IMG/VR virus record: IMGVR_UViG_3300044712_002690
Location: 1-64,000 of that record
DNA length: 64,000 nt
Source: a virus
Strand: one strand, 5' to 3'
The position numbers and the translations under genes are program-made. The notes under the pieces were generated by a model. That model saw only the letters and a list, made by a program, of their open reading frames with translations. It was not told the DNA's origin and searched no databases. Below, in pieces: positions 1 to 11,300 of the stretch (position 1 is its first letter; each line of letters opens with the position of its first letter).

Positions 1-76
1 TTAAGATAATTTAACTTAATCTAAAATTAATTAAGTTAATGGATATAATTATAGAAAAAAGATTTTTCTTTCTATG

Positions 77-2263
77 TTAACTTACAAGAAATTCAGAAAA
101 GGAATCATTACAATATATAACCCTATAATGTAATTCGGGAGGTATTAACTCACTAAAAAGAGATAATATTCTAGATAGCTGGAAACTAGGAATTTCTTGA
201 TCTTCAACAGCATACAAGATTATCTCTAACCAATTTCTTTTATAATTATTTTCTTCAAGTAACCCAATTCTTGTATTTATTCTTACATTTATAGTTTCTG
301 GTTTATCAAAAGATGTTAATGTATATTCTTTTGGGTGTGTTGTTGTCGTTTCAGATAATGTTCCTACATCAGCAAATACATTACCTGGAATGGTTATCAT
401 ATAGTTTAATGAGCCTGTAGAAGATTCAGGTCCTTGTTCACGATATATACCATAGCGTTGAATGCCTTCTACTTCTGGCCACCATAGAATATTATAACCA
501 TAATACCCTGTACTTGATTCTAATCCTGTCGACGTAGGCCACCATCTTGTATCTACTCTAACTGTCTGTACTGTTGTTTCTTCAGCAGTATCAGAAACAG
601 AAGATACACCATAAAAATAATTTCCTCTTGATAAGCCTAAACCATTGTCAACACCTGTTGATGTTACCATTGCATATGTTTGTCCTGTACGCAATGTGTT
701 GTATAAAGAATCATTATAATAAATTCCATAATGATCAAATTCAGTAATATTATTTTGAAATGTATCGAGAATAAGAGTTAATGCTGCTTTATATCCAGCA
801 TATTCATAAGCTATATATGCTGCAATAGCAATATTTCTAAATGCTTCGTCGTCCTCAGAAATATCTTTATAAAAGTTAATAAGAGGTGTAATTTTGCCTT
901 CAAATGCCAGGTATCTAGAATCTCTAAAAGATAGATCTGTCTTTTGTTGTAGAATTTCAGTCCATATTTCTTGATATTCTGCACCAAGAGCAGCAAAAAA
1001 AGAATACATATTAACGACAGTTACAATCTGCCGTGTAGATTTCATTGAAAAACCTTGATTTAATTTATCTCTTGCTTGTATTTGTATTAAATTATCGCTC
1101 AAACTTAGTTGTATGTTAAACTCAAATCCTCCATAACTATCACTAATAACTGTTTGATTATAAATACTATTTAAATAGATATCAACTTTAGCACTTGATA
1201 TACCAATATAACCCCTAAACGTGTAGCTTCCTCTTAAATATGGAATAGCAAACTTACTTTTATTGTAATAATTTTTATCAATTAAAACATCTTTGAGCAG
1301 TCTCCAAAAAGATTGTTGCAAATATTGAGAAGACGAATTATCTACAGATCTCAAATATGGCATTCTTTTTGTCATATCTTGAGTAATAATAGGAAATCCT
1401 ACTCTATCGCTCTCTACATTTCCTACACCTTTACAAGAAACAAAATAAATATAAATTCTATCTCTTATGCAAGTAGTATCAGTAAATTCTGCATCCGTAG
1501 TAACACCGATAAGTTCAGGAGCTAAATTACTAGCAAACATAAATACATCTAAATTTCTAAATTTAGCTACATAATCATCAGAAGCATCAAATACTCCTGA
1601 TACTCTATTATCTGTTGTAGCTAAGAAAAATCCAGGTGTCAATACTTGCCCGAACCACATGCTTCTTTTTACTTTATCTATTACCCAAACATATGATCCG
1701 ACTAGAAAATCATCAGATGTTAGTGCTCCTGTATCAGTATTAATGGATAAACCTGTTGGAACATCCATTTCTCCTCGATATATAGCATATGAAGAAAAAA
1801 TACTATTTGTTCCTCTTCCAGAACCTAACGATGTATCTATTTCAACAGGATCCCAACTTAAAATACAATGAAAATTGTCAAAACTAGTTATAAATGATGA
1901 AGGAGACACTAAAGATGTAAATACTTCTAATTCACTAGTTGGCGCTGTTTCTGACCAATCTGTTGCAATTGTAACAAGACTAAAAAATATTCTTCTTCCT
2001 AAATCTTCGCTAGAAACTTCATAGTCAAAATATGTTTTACTGACTGTTTCATCATTTCTAGTACTTATACTTGATTCCTGATTTGCTTGAACATCTGGAC
2101 GAATTTGAGCAGTTGTATTATGACCAGTGTCATCAACAGACTTTAATAGTTTATATCCACCAACAGTAATGTCATTTAATAAATCAAAACTAAATGTAAG
2201 AGTTAAAACATTATCTGTAAATGTTTGTGAATATAGACTAAAATTAGTTACTGTTGACGCCAC
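77..2263 (-). CDS. Baseplate wedge-like structural protein (beta-rich, FN3/Ig-like segments)
   Basis: 728 aa, S/T-rich, last gene of the baseplate cluster after baseplate J; FN3-like strands (CILSWDPVE, ILWWPEVEG); four [TS]STG motifs. Confidence 0.5.
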   Translation of the reverse strand: MASTVTNFSLYSQTFTDNVLTLTFSFDLLNDITVGGYKLLKSVDDTGHNTTAQIRPDVQANQESSISTRNDETVSKTYFDYEVSSEDLGRRIFFSLVTIATDWSETAPTSELEVFTSLVSPSSFITSFDNFHCILSWDPVEIDTSLGSGRGTNSIFSSYAIYRGEMDVPTGLSINTDTGALTSDDFLVGSYVWVIDKVKRSMWFGQVLTPGFFLATTDNRVSGVFDASDDYVAKFRNLDVFMFASNLAPELIGVTTDAEFTDTTCIRDRIYIYFVSCKGVGNVESDRVGFPIITQDMTKRMPYLRSVDNSSSQYLQQSFWRLLKDVLIDKNYYNKSKFAIPYLRGSYTFRGYIGISSAKVDIYLNSIYNQTVISDSYGGFEFNIQLSLSDNLIQIQARDKLNQGFSMKSTRQIVTVVNMYSFFAALGAEYQEIWTEILQQKTDLSFRDSRYLAFEGKITPLINFYKDISEDDEAFRNIAIAAYIAYEYAGYKAALTLILDTFQNNITEFDHYGIYYNDSLYNTLRTGQTYAMVTSTGVDNGLGLSRGNYFYGVSSVSDTAEETTVQTVRVDTRWWPTSTGLESSTGYYGYNILWWPEVEGIQRYGIYREQGPESSTGSLNYMITIPGNVFADVGTLSETTTTHPKEYTLTSFDKPETINVRINTRIGLLEENNYKRNWLEIILYAVEDQEIPSFQLSRILSLFSELIPPELHYRVIYCNDSFSEFLVS

Positions 2264-2273
2264 TGATTACCTT

Positions 2274-3509
2274 CTAGAAATTATTTATATAGTCAATAAC
2301 TGGTAAAAGAACATTTTTCCAACTTAATACATTTTGTAATTGTTCATATGAATCATCGCAAATATTATTTACTTGATTTTTAGACATAATTTGTAATACT
2401 TCTGATTTAATATCTAATGTATGAACTGGTTCAATATAATTACGCAAAAATTCAAATTCATTATATACAGAATCAGCTTTGTTAGTAATAATTGGAAGTT
2501 TCCAAGAAAGCATCTCAAATAATCTGGGTTTATGAACGTAAGATTCATATAACCAGTTTCTAGAAAGATTAATACCATAATCATAATTTTCTATTATTTC
2601 TTGAGGAGAAACAGTTTCTCTTTCAATAACCTGCATGTTGGATATATCAGGAATTCTGTCAAAGAAAGTTTTAAAATATGTATTATAAGCCTTAGGTTGT
2701 CTAATATTTCTAACATTAAGAAAATCTACACTTATGTTATCATAGCCAGCTAAATCCTTAATTAAACACTCAGGGTTTTCCCAAGGTGCAATCGAACCAT
2801 ACCAAAGTAATCTTAATGCATCTGATTTTTTCTTTTTAGTTAAATCTGGGTTAAAGCTATCAACACCATATGGTACTTTTAATACAGGTGAAAATTGAAA
2901 TGCACCACAATTTAACTTATCTATTCCATAGAAAAAACCTTCATAGAAATAGTGTTGTTTATCATTTGCAATTAAAAGACAGTTTGCTCTTCTTACTAGA
3001 TCAGTATATTGACCCATGGCTTTTTGCCAAAATACTTTCCTAGAGATTTTAGAATGAGTAAGAAGATTGCCGGATAATTCTAATGGAAGGACATTCCATC
3101 CATCTACAATTAAATTAACTGTTCCTGGAAGGATAGAGCAATTTTGAATACCAGATCCTGAATTAGATTGTATAATTACAAAATTAGCTTTTTTGAGCTT
3201 TCTATCTAATTCTTGAGTCCAGTTCCAAGAGGAAACTCTATAGTTATAACAATCAATATTAAACTTTATACCTGAATAATCAATAACATCTTTACCTTTT
3301 TCAGGTAAATTTACATCAGGCACTAAAAGGGTAACATCAAATTTTTCAGAAAGAATTTCAGCAAATTTCCATGCTCTAATTCCAGCAGGATTAGCATCTA
3401 AGTATTTAGAAATAAAAATTTCCTTCTCTTTTTCAGGAAGAGAAGCAAGGACACCAGCCTTTAGGGGCAAAGGTACTGCATCTGGAGCAATAATGGAAAT
3501 TGTTTTCAT
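2274..3509 (-). CDS. GT-B fold glycosyltransferase (GT4/group 1-like)
   Basis: N-terminal ISIIAP..PAGIRAWKFAEILS..FDVTLLVP and C-terminal LLWYGSIAPW...YDYGINLS...KPRLFEMLSWKLPIIT match the GT4-like layout. Confidence 0.75.
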   Translation of the reverse strand: MKTISIIAPDAVPLPLKAGVLASLPEKEKEIFISKYLDANPAGIRAWKFAEILSEKFDVTLLVPDVNLPEKGKDVIDYSGIKFNIDCYNYRVSSWNWTQELDRKLKKANFVIIQSNSGSGIQNCSILPGTVNLIVDGWNVLPLELSGNLLTHSKISRKVFWQKAMGQYTDLVRRANCLLIANDKQHYFYEGFFYGIDKLNCGAFQFSPVLKVPYGVDSFNPDLTKKKKSDALRLLWYGSIAPWENPECLIKDLAGYDNISVDFLNVRNIRQPKAYNTYFKTFFDRIPDISNMQVIERETVSPQEIIENYDYGINLSRNWLYESYVHKPRLFEMLSWKLPIITNKADSVYNEFEFLRNYIEPVHTLDIKSEVLQIMSKNQVNNICDDSYEQLQNVLSWKNVLLPVIDYINNF

Positions 3510-3536
3510 TTAATAGAAACTCCTTATACAAGAATT

Positions 3537-4991
3537 TTAGTAAGTCCATTCTACAAAGGTCACTGTACCTGTTATAGGGTATTCATTAGTGTAAATAGGA
3601 ACATCCCCACTAGTTGTTTTCGTTCTCCCATCTATTGGTGTTAATGTCGCTGTTGGAATATCAATATTATCCACACCATTAATATTTTTTATTAATGCGA
3701 TAATATCAGCAAATTCAACATTGCCTGAAATAAACGCAGTCATATAGTCTGCTATTGCTGTACTTCCTGCACTAATAACATCTGCTAAAATTGTACCTGT
3801 AGTGAGTTTTAACTTCATATAGATATCTATAATTACTTGTTCTTGTTCTCTTAACAAATAATCACGATTATCATACAAGTTAACTGTACTATTAAGATCA
3901 TCTTCAATATCATGGAGTAGTTTGTTATAATTATACCTTACTTCAAATGATTGTCCAGGTAGAAAATAACCAAGATTAGCTATTCCTGATGAAGTAAGAA
4001 CTAATTCATCATATCCTCTTGTTGATTTTCTTAACAAACCGTCATCTTTTTGTAATTCGTAGTAAGTTAAATCAACAACTGTTCCATTCTTAATAAATAA
4101 AGAAATTGAATCAACTGGTTGATTAGTAAAAATATATCCTGTACTTGTATATGCAATATCTTCCATATTGCCACCGAGTCCAGTAGATGTAATAACAAAG
4201 GTTTCTCTTGCTCCTTCTAAAGATTGTCCTCTGATATAAATATCTATACTTCCACCATAACCACTAGTTCTAAGCATTAGAGGATCATTAGATCCTACTA
4301 TATTTGCAGGTTTGGAATAATTTTCTACATATAACCTAATACCTTCTAATGAGTTTAAATTCCTTCCTTTGAATTTTTGTTTTACTTGATTTAATCTATC
4401 CGTTAGTGTTCCAACATCTTGTCCACCTGTAATTGGAGCACTATTTATACAACCTTCAATTCCAGTGATTGCGCCAAGTAATTCAGTAACTGTCTGAGCA
4501 CCTGTAGCCCCTGCTGTACCGGCGGTTGCAGCCACGACATTCACAGTTATTTCATATCTACGTGTAGTAGCATTGTAATATGCAGAAGCATCAGCAGAAG
4601 GTATTGTATAATACCCATCTACATAATATGTTTTCACTCCGTCAGCAGTTCTTCCACCTTTAGTATCGTCAATAACAACATCATTTACAGGTGAGTTATA
4701 AGTAAAAAATGTTAATTCACCGACTGAGTATGTAGCAGGTATTGTACCAACATCATTATTTCTACAAAATATATCTAAATCTTCAGTTAATAATTGATCT
4801 GAATAAATAAAAGGGGCTTGTAATTTATAGAGATATTCAAGAGCGTTCCATATATCAAGAAGTTGTCCTTCTATAGGAGCTTCAACGAACATATCCCTTT
4901 CAGGTGTGCCATCAGTAAAATCAAGATCTAACAGAGAGTTATAACTAGAAATTAATGATGTTCTTAAATCAGATGACGTTTTAAAATTCAT
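3537..4991 (-). CDS. Baseplate J-like wedge protein
   Basis: 484 aa; DFTDGTPERDMF, VVAATAGTAGATGAQTVTEL, NSAPITGGQD..TDRL are typical baseplate J segments; follows a gp25-like gene. Confidence 0.85.
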   Translation of the reverse strand: MNFKTSSDLRTSLISSYNSLLDLDFTDGTPERDMFVEAPIEGQLLDIWNALEYLYKLQAPFIYSDQLLTEDLDIFCRNNDVGTIPATYSVGELTFFTYNSPVNDVVIDDTKGGRTADGVKTYYVDGYYTIPSADASAYYNATTRRYEITVNVVAATAGTAGATGAQTVTELLGAITGIEGCINSAPITGGQDVGTLTDRLNQVKQKFKGRNLNSLEGIRLYVENYSKPANIVGSNDPLMLRTSGYGGSIDIYIRGQSLEGARETFVITSTGLGGNMEDIAYTSTGYIFTNQPVDSISLFIKNGTVVDLTYYELQKDDGLLRKSTRGYDELVLTSSGIANLGYFLPGQSFEVRYNYNKLLHDIEDDLNSTVNLYDNRDYLLREQEQVIIDIYMKLKLTTGTILADVISAGSTAIADYMTAFISGNVEFADIIALIKNINGVDNIDIPTATLTPIDGRTKTTSGDVPIYTNEYPITGTVTFVEWTY

Positions 4992-5431
4992 CCAACAATC
5001 TCCTGTGAGAATGTTTGTGCAGGAATTGTTTCTCCTGAAGCAACATTCAATTCGATTTGAAAATTAATTTTTGTTGGATCATATAGATTTTTAAATACAA
5101 TAAAAGAAAAATTTGTTATAATTTCTTCAAATGATAAATTATCCCTAGATTCTTGTAAAGTCACATAATACTTCAATGCAGATTCTAAGTTAGATTGAAG
5201 CATATCCATTGCTGCTGAAACAGATAAATTTCTATAAAGGCTTTTTCTATTAATCTCTGTTCCATACCTAGGGTTATAACGAGTAAACGTTGTTATATTA
5301 TCAACATTTTCATTCTCAGTCATAAGAAATTTAACAAAATCTCTTTTAGTTTTATTAGTACCAGAGATAGTTACTACTTGTTTATTTACAGTAGAAAAAT
5401 CTCCGTGTTCAAATCTTAATCCAATGGCCAT
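4988..5431 (-). CDS. gp25/GpW-like baseplate wedge (sheath initiator)
   Basis: 147 aa; FLMTE..RYNPRYGTEI motif, size, and position directly before baseplate J. Confidence 0.6.
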   Translation of the reverse strand: MAIGLRFEHGDFSTVNKQVVTISGTNKTKRDFVKFLMTENENVDNITTFTRYNPRYGTEINRKSLYRNLSVSAAMDMLQSNLESALKYYVTLQESRDNLSFEEIITNFSFIVFKNLYDPTKINFQIELNVASGETIPAQTFSQEIVG

Positions 5432-5486
5432 AGTTATCTTCCAATGTGTTTCTTTAAAAATTAAACATTTTACCTTAATTTTAAGT

Positions 5487-5981
5487 TTACAGAGAGTTTA
5501 TCTTTGTTTCTAAGATCTGTAGTTGTTCATCTAAATCTTTAAAATATTGAACTTCGTTTTCTATATAAGAAATTAAAAGATTTAATTCACTAGATTCACG
5601 CCTTAAATTTTCTAGTTGTTTAATCCCTATTGCAAAATTTGAATCTGTGACACGATTTACTATATTCATAAATAGAGATGTATTGCTCATACTTTGTAAT
5701 TGTGTTTTATATGTAGTATATCTAGATTCAAGCTGTTCTATTGCAAACTTATTATCTCCTAATGAATCTATTCCTTTATCAACAATAAGTTTGCGTTCAA
5801 TTAATCTTGCTAATTTATCTTGTTCATTGTATCTTTGTTTAATAAGATCAGATTTTACTACGGAAAGGATTTTTTTTAAATTTTTAGCTCCTGTATCTAC
5901 TTGTGAACCCAGAACAAACACAAAAGCATTGAGTTCTTCTAAAAACGGAGTTACATCTGCATCATTCGCTGTATATTCCAT
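5487..5981 (-). CDS. Hypothetical coiled-coil protein
   Basis: 164-aa ORF in the operon, heptad-rich. Confidence 0.5.
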   Translation of the reverse strand: MEYTANDADVTPFLEELNAFVFVLGSQVDTGAKNLKKILSVVKSDLIKQRYNEQDKLARLIERKLIVDKGIDSLGDNKFAIEQLESRYTTYKTQLQSMSNTSLFMNIVNRVTDSNFAIGIKQLENLRRESSELNLLISYIENEVQYFKDLDEQLQILETKINSL

Positions 5982-5996
5982 TACTTATTTCCTATG

Positions 5997-6446
5997 CTAT
6001 GCTAGATAAACCAAAGTACCACCGGGAATACTACTATGTGATATTAATTCATATAAACTATCTATAAATATAGAAAGAATATCATTCCAATGTTTTCCTC
6101 TAAAAGAATTACAAGTAGTAATGAATTTCTCTTTATACTCAGGGTCTAAATCAATAACAATAATATATGGAGGATAATTAAAATAATATGTTGAAATTAA
6201 TCCTAAAATTAGATCATCAAATTTATCAAATTCTTGATTTTTAATTACATTAGAAAATTGAATTAAAAATGGTTTAACATGTGCAGGTAAAAATTTTAAA
6301 TTTATTACATGCCCACTATCTAGCTTAACCATCAATAGTTGCATTAAACTAATAAACATTATTGGAAAAGTTTCTGAAACTTTATACATATCATGATTTA
6401 CAATTTTGTAAATCTTTAATCTATCAAATATCATTTTATCCATCAT
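5997..6446 (-). CDS. Hypothetical protein
   Basis: 149-aa ORF overlapping the upstream stop by 4 bp. Confidence 0.5.
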   Translation of the reverse strand: MMDKMIFDRLKIYKIVNHDMYKVSETFPIMFISLMQLLMVKLDSGHVINLKFLPAHVKPFLIQFSNVIKNQEFDKFDDLILGLISTYYFNYPPYIIVIDLDPEYKEKFITTCNSFRGKHWNDILSIFIDSLYELISHSSIPGGTLVYLA

Positions 6447-6853
6447 GATGTTGGTCCTGCATCTGCTGCTTCTTGTTGTTGTCTAACATAGTTAGGACAA
6501 TTTAATGGTAACATAAACTTAGGAGGAATGGATAGATTAATTGTAGGAATTTTTGGAATAATTGGAAATTCAGGTATTCCAGGAATTTTAATTGATATAA
6601 GTTGCTGTGGATCAAGTTGCCAAACATATGGACCTTTAGTTAGTCTACAAGCTTGTGAAGCTTGGCAAAAAGGGTAACCTGGACAAACAAACTCTACTTC
6701 AATTCCTATATCGAATGGACCCGTTCCAATTTCTACAGGAATAGATGGTAATCCTCCAAAGCCTATTGATGGAAATTCTAAACTAAAATTAACTGGTAAT
6801 GCACCAGGTAAAAGAAATTGCGGGCCTTCTACTGTATATTTAATTACTGGCAT
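6443..6853 (-). CDS. Pro/Cys-rich hypothetical protein next to the spike gene
   Basis: 136 aa, very Pro-rich, four Cys. Confidence 0.5.
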   Translation of the reverse strand: MPVIKYTVEGPQFLLPGALPVNFSLEFPSIGFGGLPSIPVEIGTGPFDIGIEVEFVCPGYPFCQASQACRLTKGPYVWQLDPQQLISIKIPGIPEFPIIPKIPTINLSIPPKFMLPLNCPNYVRQQQEAADAGPTS

Positions 6854-6857
6854 AGTA

Positions 6858-8360
6858 TTATCCTGACATTTGTACTCCAGCTATTTTTAAGGAACCACCA
6901 TTATACCCAGCTAATATATTTAATGGCTGAGCAGGGGTTGCCCCTGGACCTGCATGTGAGTGCGAATCATGACCAGCTTCAATAAATGCTGCTGTTGCTT
7001 GTCCTGCAAATAATCCTTCTTGTGCTTGCCCTCCTGTTGCTACACTCCCCATTAAGTTAATGTTTTTTGCTGTAAGTGTTATTGTTGCGTCAGGAAAGCT
7101 TAAATCTAAACCATATTGATGTATGAGCATACTACGATTATTTTTATGTTTAAATAACATATCTCCTTCTGCATTCATTTCAATAAGTGATCCTGTACTT
7201 TGTTGTAGAACTACTCCATCTTGATCATTCATAGTAATAACATTATTGCCAATTCTACATCCAAATTCAGTAATACCTTCACCATCTTTACCAAAAGTAA
7301 CTTGATTATTTTGATTTCTATCAATTATAGATACTTTTGTATCATTTGCAGTTACATACATTCCTGCACTTTTAAAACTAACTTCAGTTGTATCTGTTCC
7401 TTCTTGTGTTAAATTAACTCTAAACTTAAAATAAGATTCGTTCTGTTCATTAACAATATAAAAATTACCCGTTTCATCTATTCCCATATGCATTTTAGAA
7501 GGTAATTTTACAAGCATATTAACAGCAGTGTTTAAAGCAGCTAAGAGTTTTTCTGCTTCTCCCTCTTGATTAAATACTTTAGAAGCAAAAGAAAATGTTC
7601 CTGTTGTAGGTGCTGTATCTAAATCAGTATCGGGATCTTTATCAACAGTAGGTGCTCCTGTTTCTGAATCATAAACAGTTCCTATACTAACTGTAAATTC
7701 TTTATGAGTAATAACTTCTTCTTCATCTCCCTCGCCTGTAATAGTACGCATTACAGAAGGTTGATTATTAGTCTCAGCATCATCTGCTAAAACTCTTTTA
7801 ACTCGTCCTGCATCTATTCTTACTCCATCAAGAGAAACATTTAAATCATTAGCATGACCTTCTATTGCTTGAGCGTATTCATTTAATCTAAGAAACATTC
7901 CTGATCCAGATTTAATATGAATACTACCATCACCTGCTAAAAATACTTCAGCTTGAGAAATACTTACAATTTGAACTTCTCCAGGATCAAGAAATCTTTG
8001 AAAAAATAAATTACCCTCTTTAGTATTACTACTATTAGAAGTTACATCTGATAAATCATTTGAAATAAAATATCCGATATGATAAAATTCTTTTTCTGTT
8101 AATTGGTCTCGATATAACAATGCAAATGAACGATTAGGTGTAGGCATCATTTTTATTCCTGCACCATCTAAAGTAAAGGGGTTACTTATAGCAATATCAG
8201 TGAATGTCTTACCATTAAGCATAGGTATAACACCACTAATTGTTTGTTTTTCAGGATTAACCGATGTAATATCTCCAAGAAATATATTTGTACTATTTGC
8301 TTGGTTTGCATACAACATAGGATTCTTAGGTTTAAATCCTGTGCCTCCTAGCATATTCAT
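6858..8360 (-). CDS. Baseplate central spike (gp5/gpV/VgrG-like)
   Basis: N-terminal OB-fold-like GDITSVNPEKQTISG..MMPTPN, beta-helix-like C-terminus, terminal HDSHSH metal-binding HxH tip motif. Confidence 0.7.
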   Translation of the reverse strand: MNMLGGTGFKPKNPMLYANQANSTNIFLGDITSVNPEKQTISGVIPMLNGKTFTDIAISNPFTLDGAGIKMMPTPNRSFALLYRDQLTEKEFYHIGYFISNDLSDVTSNSSNTKEGNLFFQRFLDPGEVQIVSISQAEVFLAGDGSIHIKSGSGMFLRLNEYAQAIEGHANDLNVSLDGVRIDAGRVKRVLADDAETNNQPSVMRTITGEGDEEEVITHKEFTVSIGTVYDSETGAPTVDKDPDTDLDTAPTTGTFSFASKVFNQEGEAEKLLAALNTAVNMLVKLPSKMHMGIDETGNFYIVNEQNESYFKFRVNLTQEGTDTTEVSFKSAGMYVTANDTKVSIIDRNQNNQVTFGKDGEGITEFGCRIGNNVITMNDQDGVVLQQSTGSLIEMNAEGDMLFKHKNNRSMLIHQYGLDLSFPDATITLTAKNINLMGSVATGGQAQEGLFAGQATAAFIEAGHDSHSHAGPGATPAQPLNILAGYNGGSLKIAGVQMSG

Positions 8361-8376
8361 ATTATATTTCTCCTGT

Positions 8377-11300
8377 TTATACTAAAATAGTAGAACCTGG
8401 AACATGAGTAGCATCTATTCCTGTCTCTCTTGGAGAGACTCCGCCTACTCCAGATCTACCTGGAGCAACTCCAGAAATTCCAATTTGTTTTAAATAGAGT
8501 TTTGCTGTTCCAAATGTATTATTCTCTTTTTGTTGCTCTTGGTCTAAATCAATATCATCAAGAACACCCCATTTATTTCTTATTTGTACTGTACTATCAT
8601 ATGAAGAAAAAGATGGAATCGCAGTATATAATTCTTGTAATAATGATAAATTTCCTGTAGTATCGAATTGACTTGCAAAAGGTTTAGTGGGTCTAACTCT
8701 ACCTGCTTTAACACCTTTCTTAGCATCAAAGGTACCAGTAAATGCGTCACCATAAATTTGTTGACCTAAGAATTTATATTCTTCTAATGTACTTGTCTGT
8801 AATTCAGTAATTGTTTTCTTGTGCTTTTCATCATTAGATAATTTAATATTGATCTGTTCAATTTGATACTCGAGTTTCATATATTCTGCAGCATTTTTAG
8901 GATCTACATTCTCTTGGTTAAGACTTTCTTTCAATTCATCTCTTTGAATTTCAAGATCTATTTTCTGAGTTGCAAGATCAGATTTAGTTTTCTGGAAGTT
9001 AGTTACTTGTGTGTCTAGCTTAACTAATTCTTTTTCAATTTCTTGCAATTGAACAAATGAAGTATCTACAAGAACAAGCAATCCGTGTAATCTATCTACT
9101 TGATCTTTAGTTAATATATCTTGACCTAATTTACTTCCAAATCTTGGATCTTCAAGTAATTCAGAAGTTCCTATAATTGGACTTAATACATCTCTATCAT
9201 TACTTCCTCTAGCACTTTTGTCATAATTTATATGTCCGATAGGAGCATGTGCAACAAATAATCCACCACCTAACGATCCACCAAATGTAGATACTTGCAG
9301 TACTTGACCTAGTGTTTGTCCAGCTATCCCAGCGAGAGAAGGAATTAAACCTTTACTTGATCCACCAGCGTTAAAAAATTCTTGTACATTAATTGCATTT
9401 TTAACACCTTGTTTTTGTTTATAATTATCTTTATGATATGATATAGCTTTTTTATTAAAATATAAGTTAGTTCCTTGATCAGCAGCAGCGCCAGCGTTAC
9501 TTTCATTAGCAATTACTTTTCCGTCAGGTGAAATTAATTGTGATGAAACACTCGCATGAGCATCTGCTTCTGTATCTCCATGCATATTTTTTTCTGCTAC
9601 ATCGTCTAAATTTTTTGTAGTATAAGAATATGTAATTGAATTACGTCTAATATAAGAAAATTGACAATTACTTTGAAAAGGACTTTCAATACTATAATCA
9701 ATTGAATATGTTTGTAAAGAACCTATAGCTTGTTTATCTTCAATATAATATGGTCTATTTAACATAAGTTCTGGACGACCAATTATATCAACATGAATTT
9801 CAAATGCTTTAGAAACAATTCTGTTTAATAATATTTTAGAAAAAGCTGCTGCTTCTTCTTTAGTAGAAATAAATGGATTATGAATTGTTGGTCCTGGGTT
9901 AACTCCATATCTAGTTACAAAATCTGTTCTTGGATTATATTCACCTGCTAATGATAATTCTTTTAATACTCCTCTTGTTATAATAGTAGGAAGTTTATTT
10001 GCTTTAACAATATCCGTTAATTGTTTTCCTACTCCTCTAAACTCATCTCCTGTTTTTCCTGATTCTTGTAATGCTACTCCTTCATATAAATTCATCATCT
10101 GTTTAATTATTTGACCTGTAGCTGATCCAGCGCTTCTATCTTGATCCTCTGCAAATAACGAAGTTAATACAGTTGGATTAGAAGAACCACTTCTTGTAAT
10201 TGTTGTATATCTCTGTACAATATCACTAATTTTTTTAGACAATAAAGCATCAGCAGTAGTAATACCATGTTCATTTAAAAATGCAGAAGATGCAGGAGGA
10301 GGTATTTTTGTTGGATTAACAAATGCAGGATTACCTCCGCTCGTTAACCCTGTTCCTGATAGACCACTGGATAAAGTGGTAATTTTTCCTTTTTTATCTT
10401 TAGTAGAAAAATACTTTAACTCATTGTGTAAATCTGGTGCAATATTATAAAGAACAATCCACCCCTCAATAGTAGTTGATGCTAATTGTGGAATATTATT
10501 AACTACATATTGGCTTCTCTTTGATGCACTAATTTTTGTTAAATCTTGTTGAAGCTCGTCATATGTTTGTTGTAAAGAGCTGTGATAAAATACTAATCCT
10601 TTTTGCTTTGCTAATAGTTTTAAAGCTGCCGTACAACTATCCCATAATTGTTTTATTGTTGCTTGTCCTTTATTAGCATTTAGATTATCCAATAATAATG
10701 AATTAAGTTTTCCATCAAGAAATTTTTGTTTCTTTTTGTTAAGAGCTACAGTAATAGGATCAGAATCTTGTGAACCGAATAATTTATTTGGAAAACCATC
10801 TGCAACATATATTCCTATAGGAAACGATGCTTTATCTTTAGTAGAAGTAGGTGAAGAAATATCTATGTATGCTCCACCGTCACGATAAAAATTACTTAAT
10901 ATATTAGTTACTATACCATCTGTACCAGATATACTTCCAGTTACTACTGCACTTGTCTTGACAAGTTCAGGTTTTAATGTTTCTTGTACACGCATTGTGT
11001 CTTTATTTGTAATAAATAAAGGATAATTTGCTTTTAAATTAAAATAATATGCTTTGTCTTTTATATAAGCAATAGATTCTCCGCCTACTTCATTAACAAA
11101 TACTCTAAATAAGATATCTTCTTCTTGAGCTATTGGGTTTCTTGCTTCAATTTTATCAAAAAATTTAACAGGATGAAAATCATACATATTAGGCTCAATG
11201 AAAATATCCCCCATTGGAGAAGCATACACAACATATTCTGTATCATTTGTTATTTTTTCTATAGCATCATAAACAGTAGTACTATTTTCATCAAATAAAC

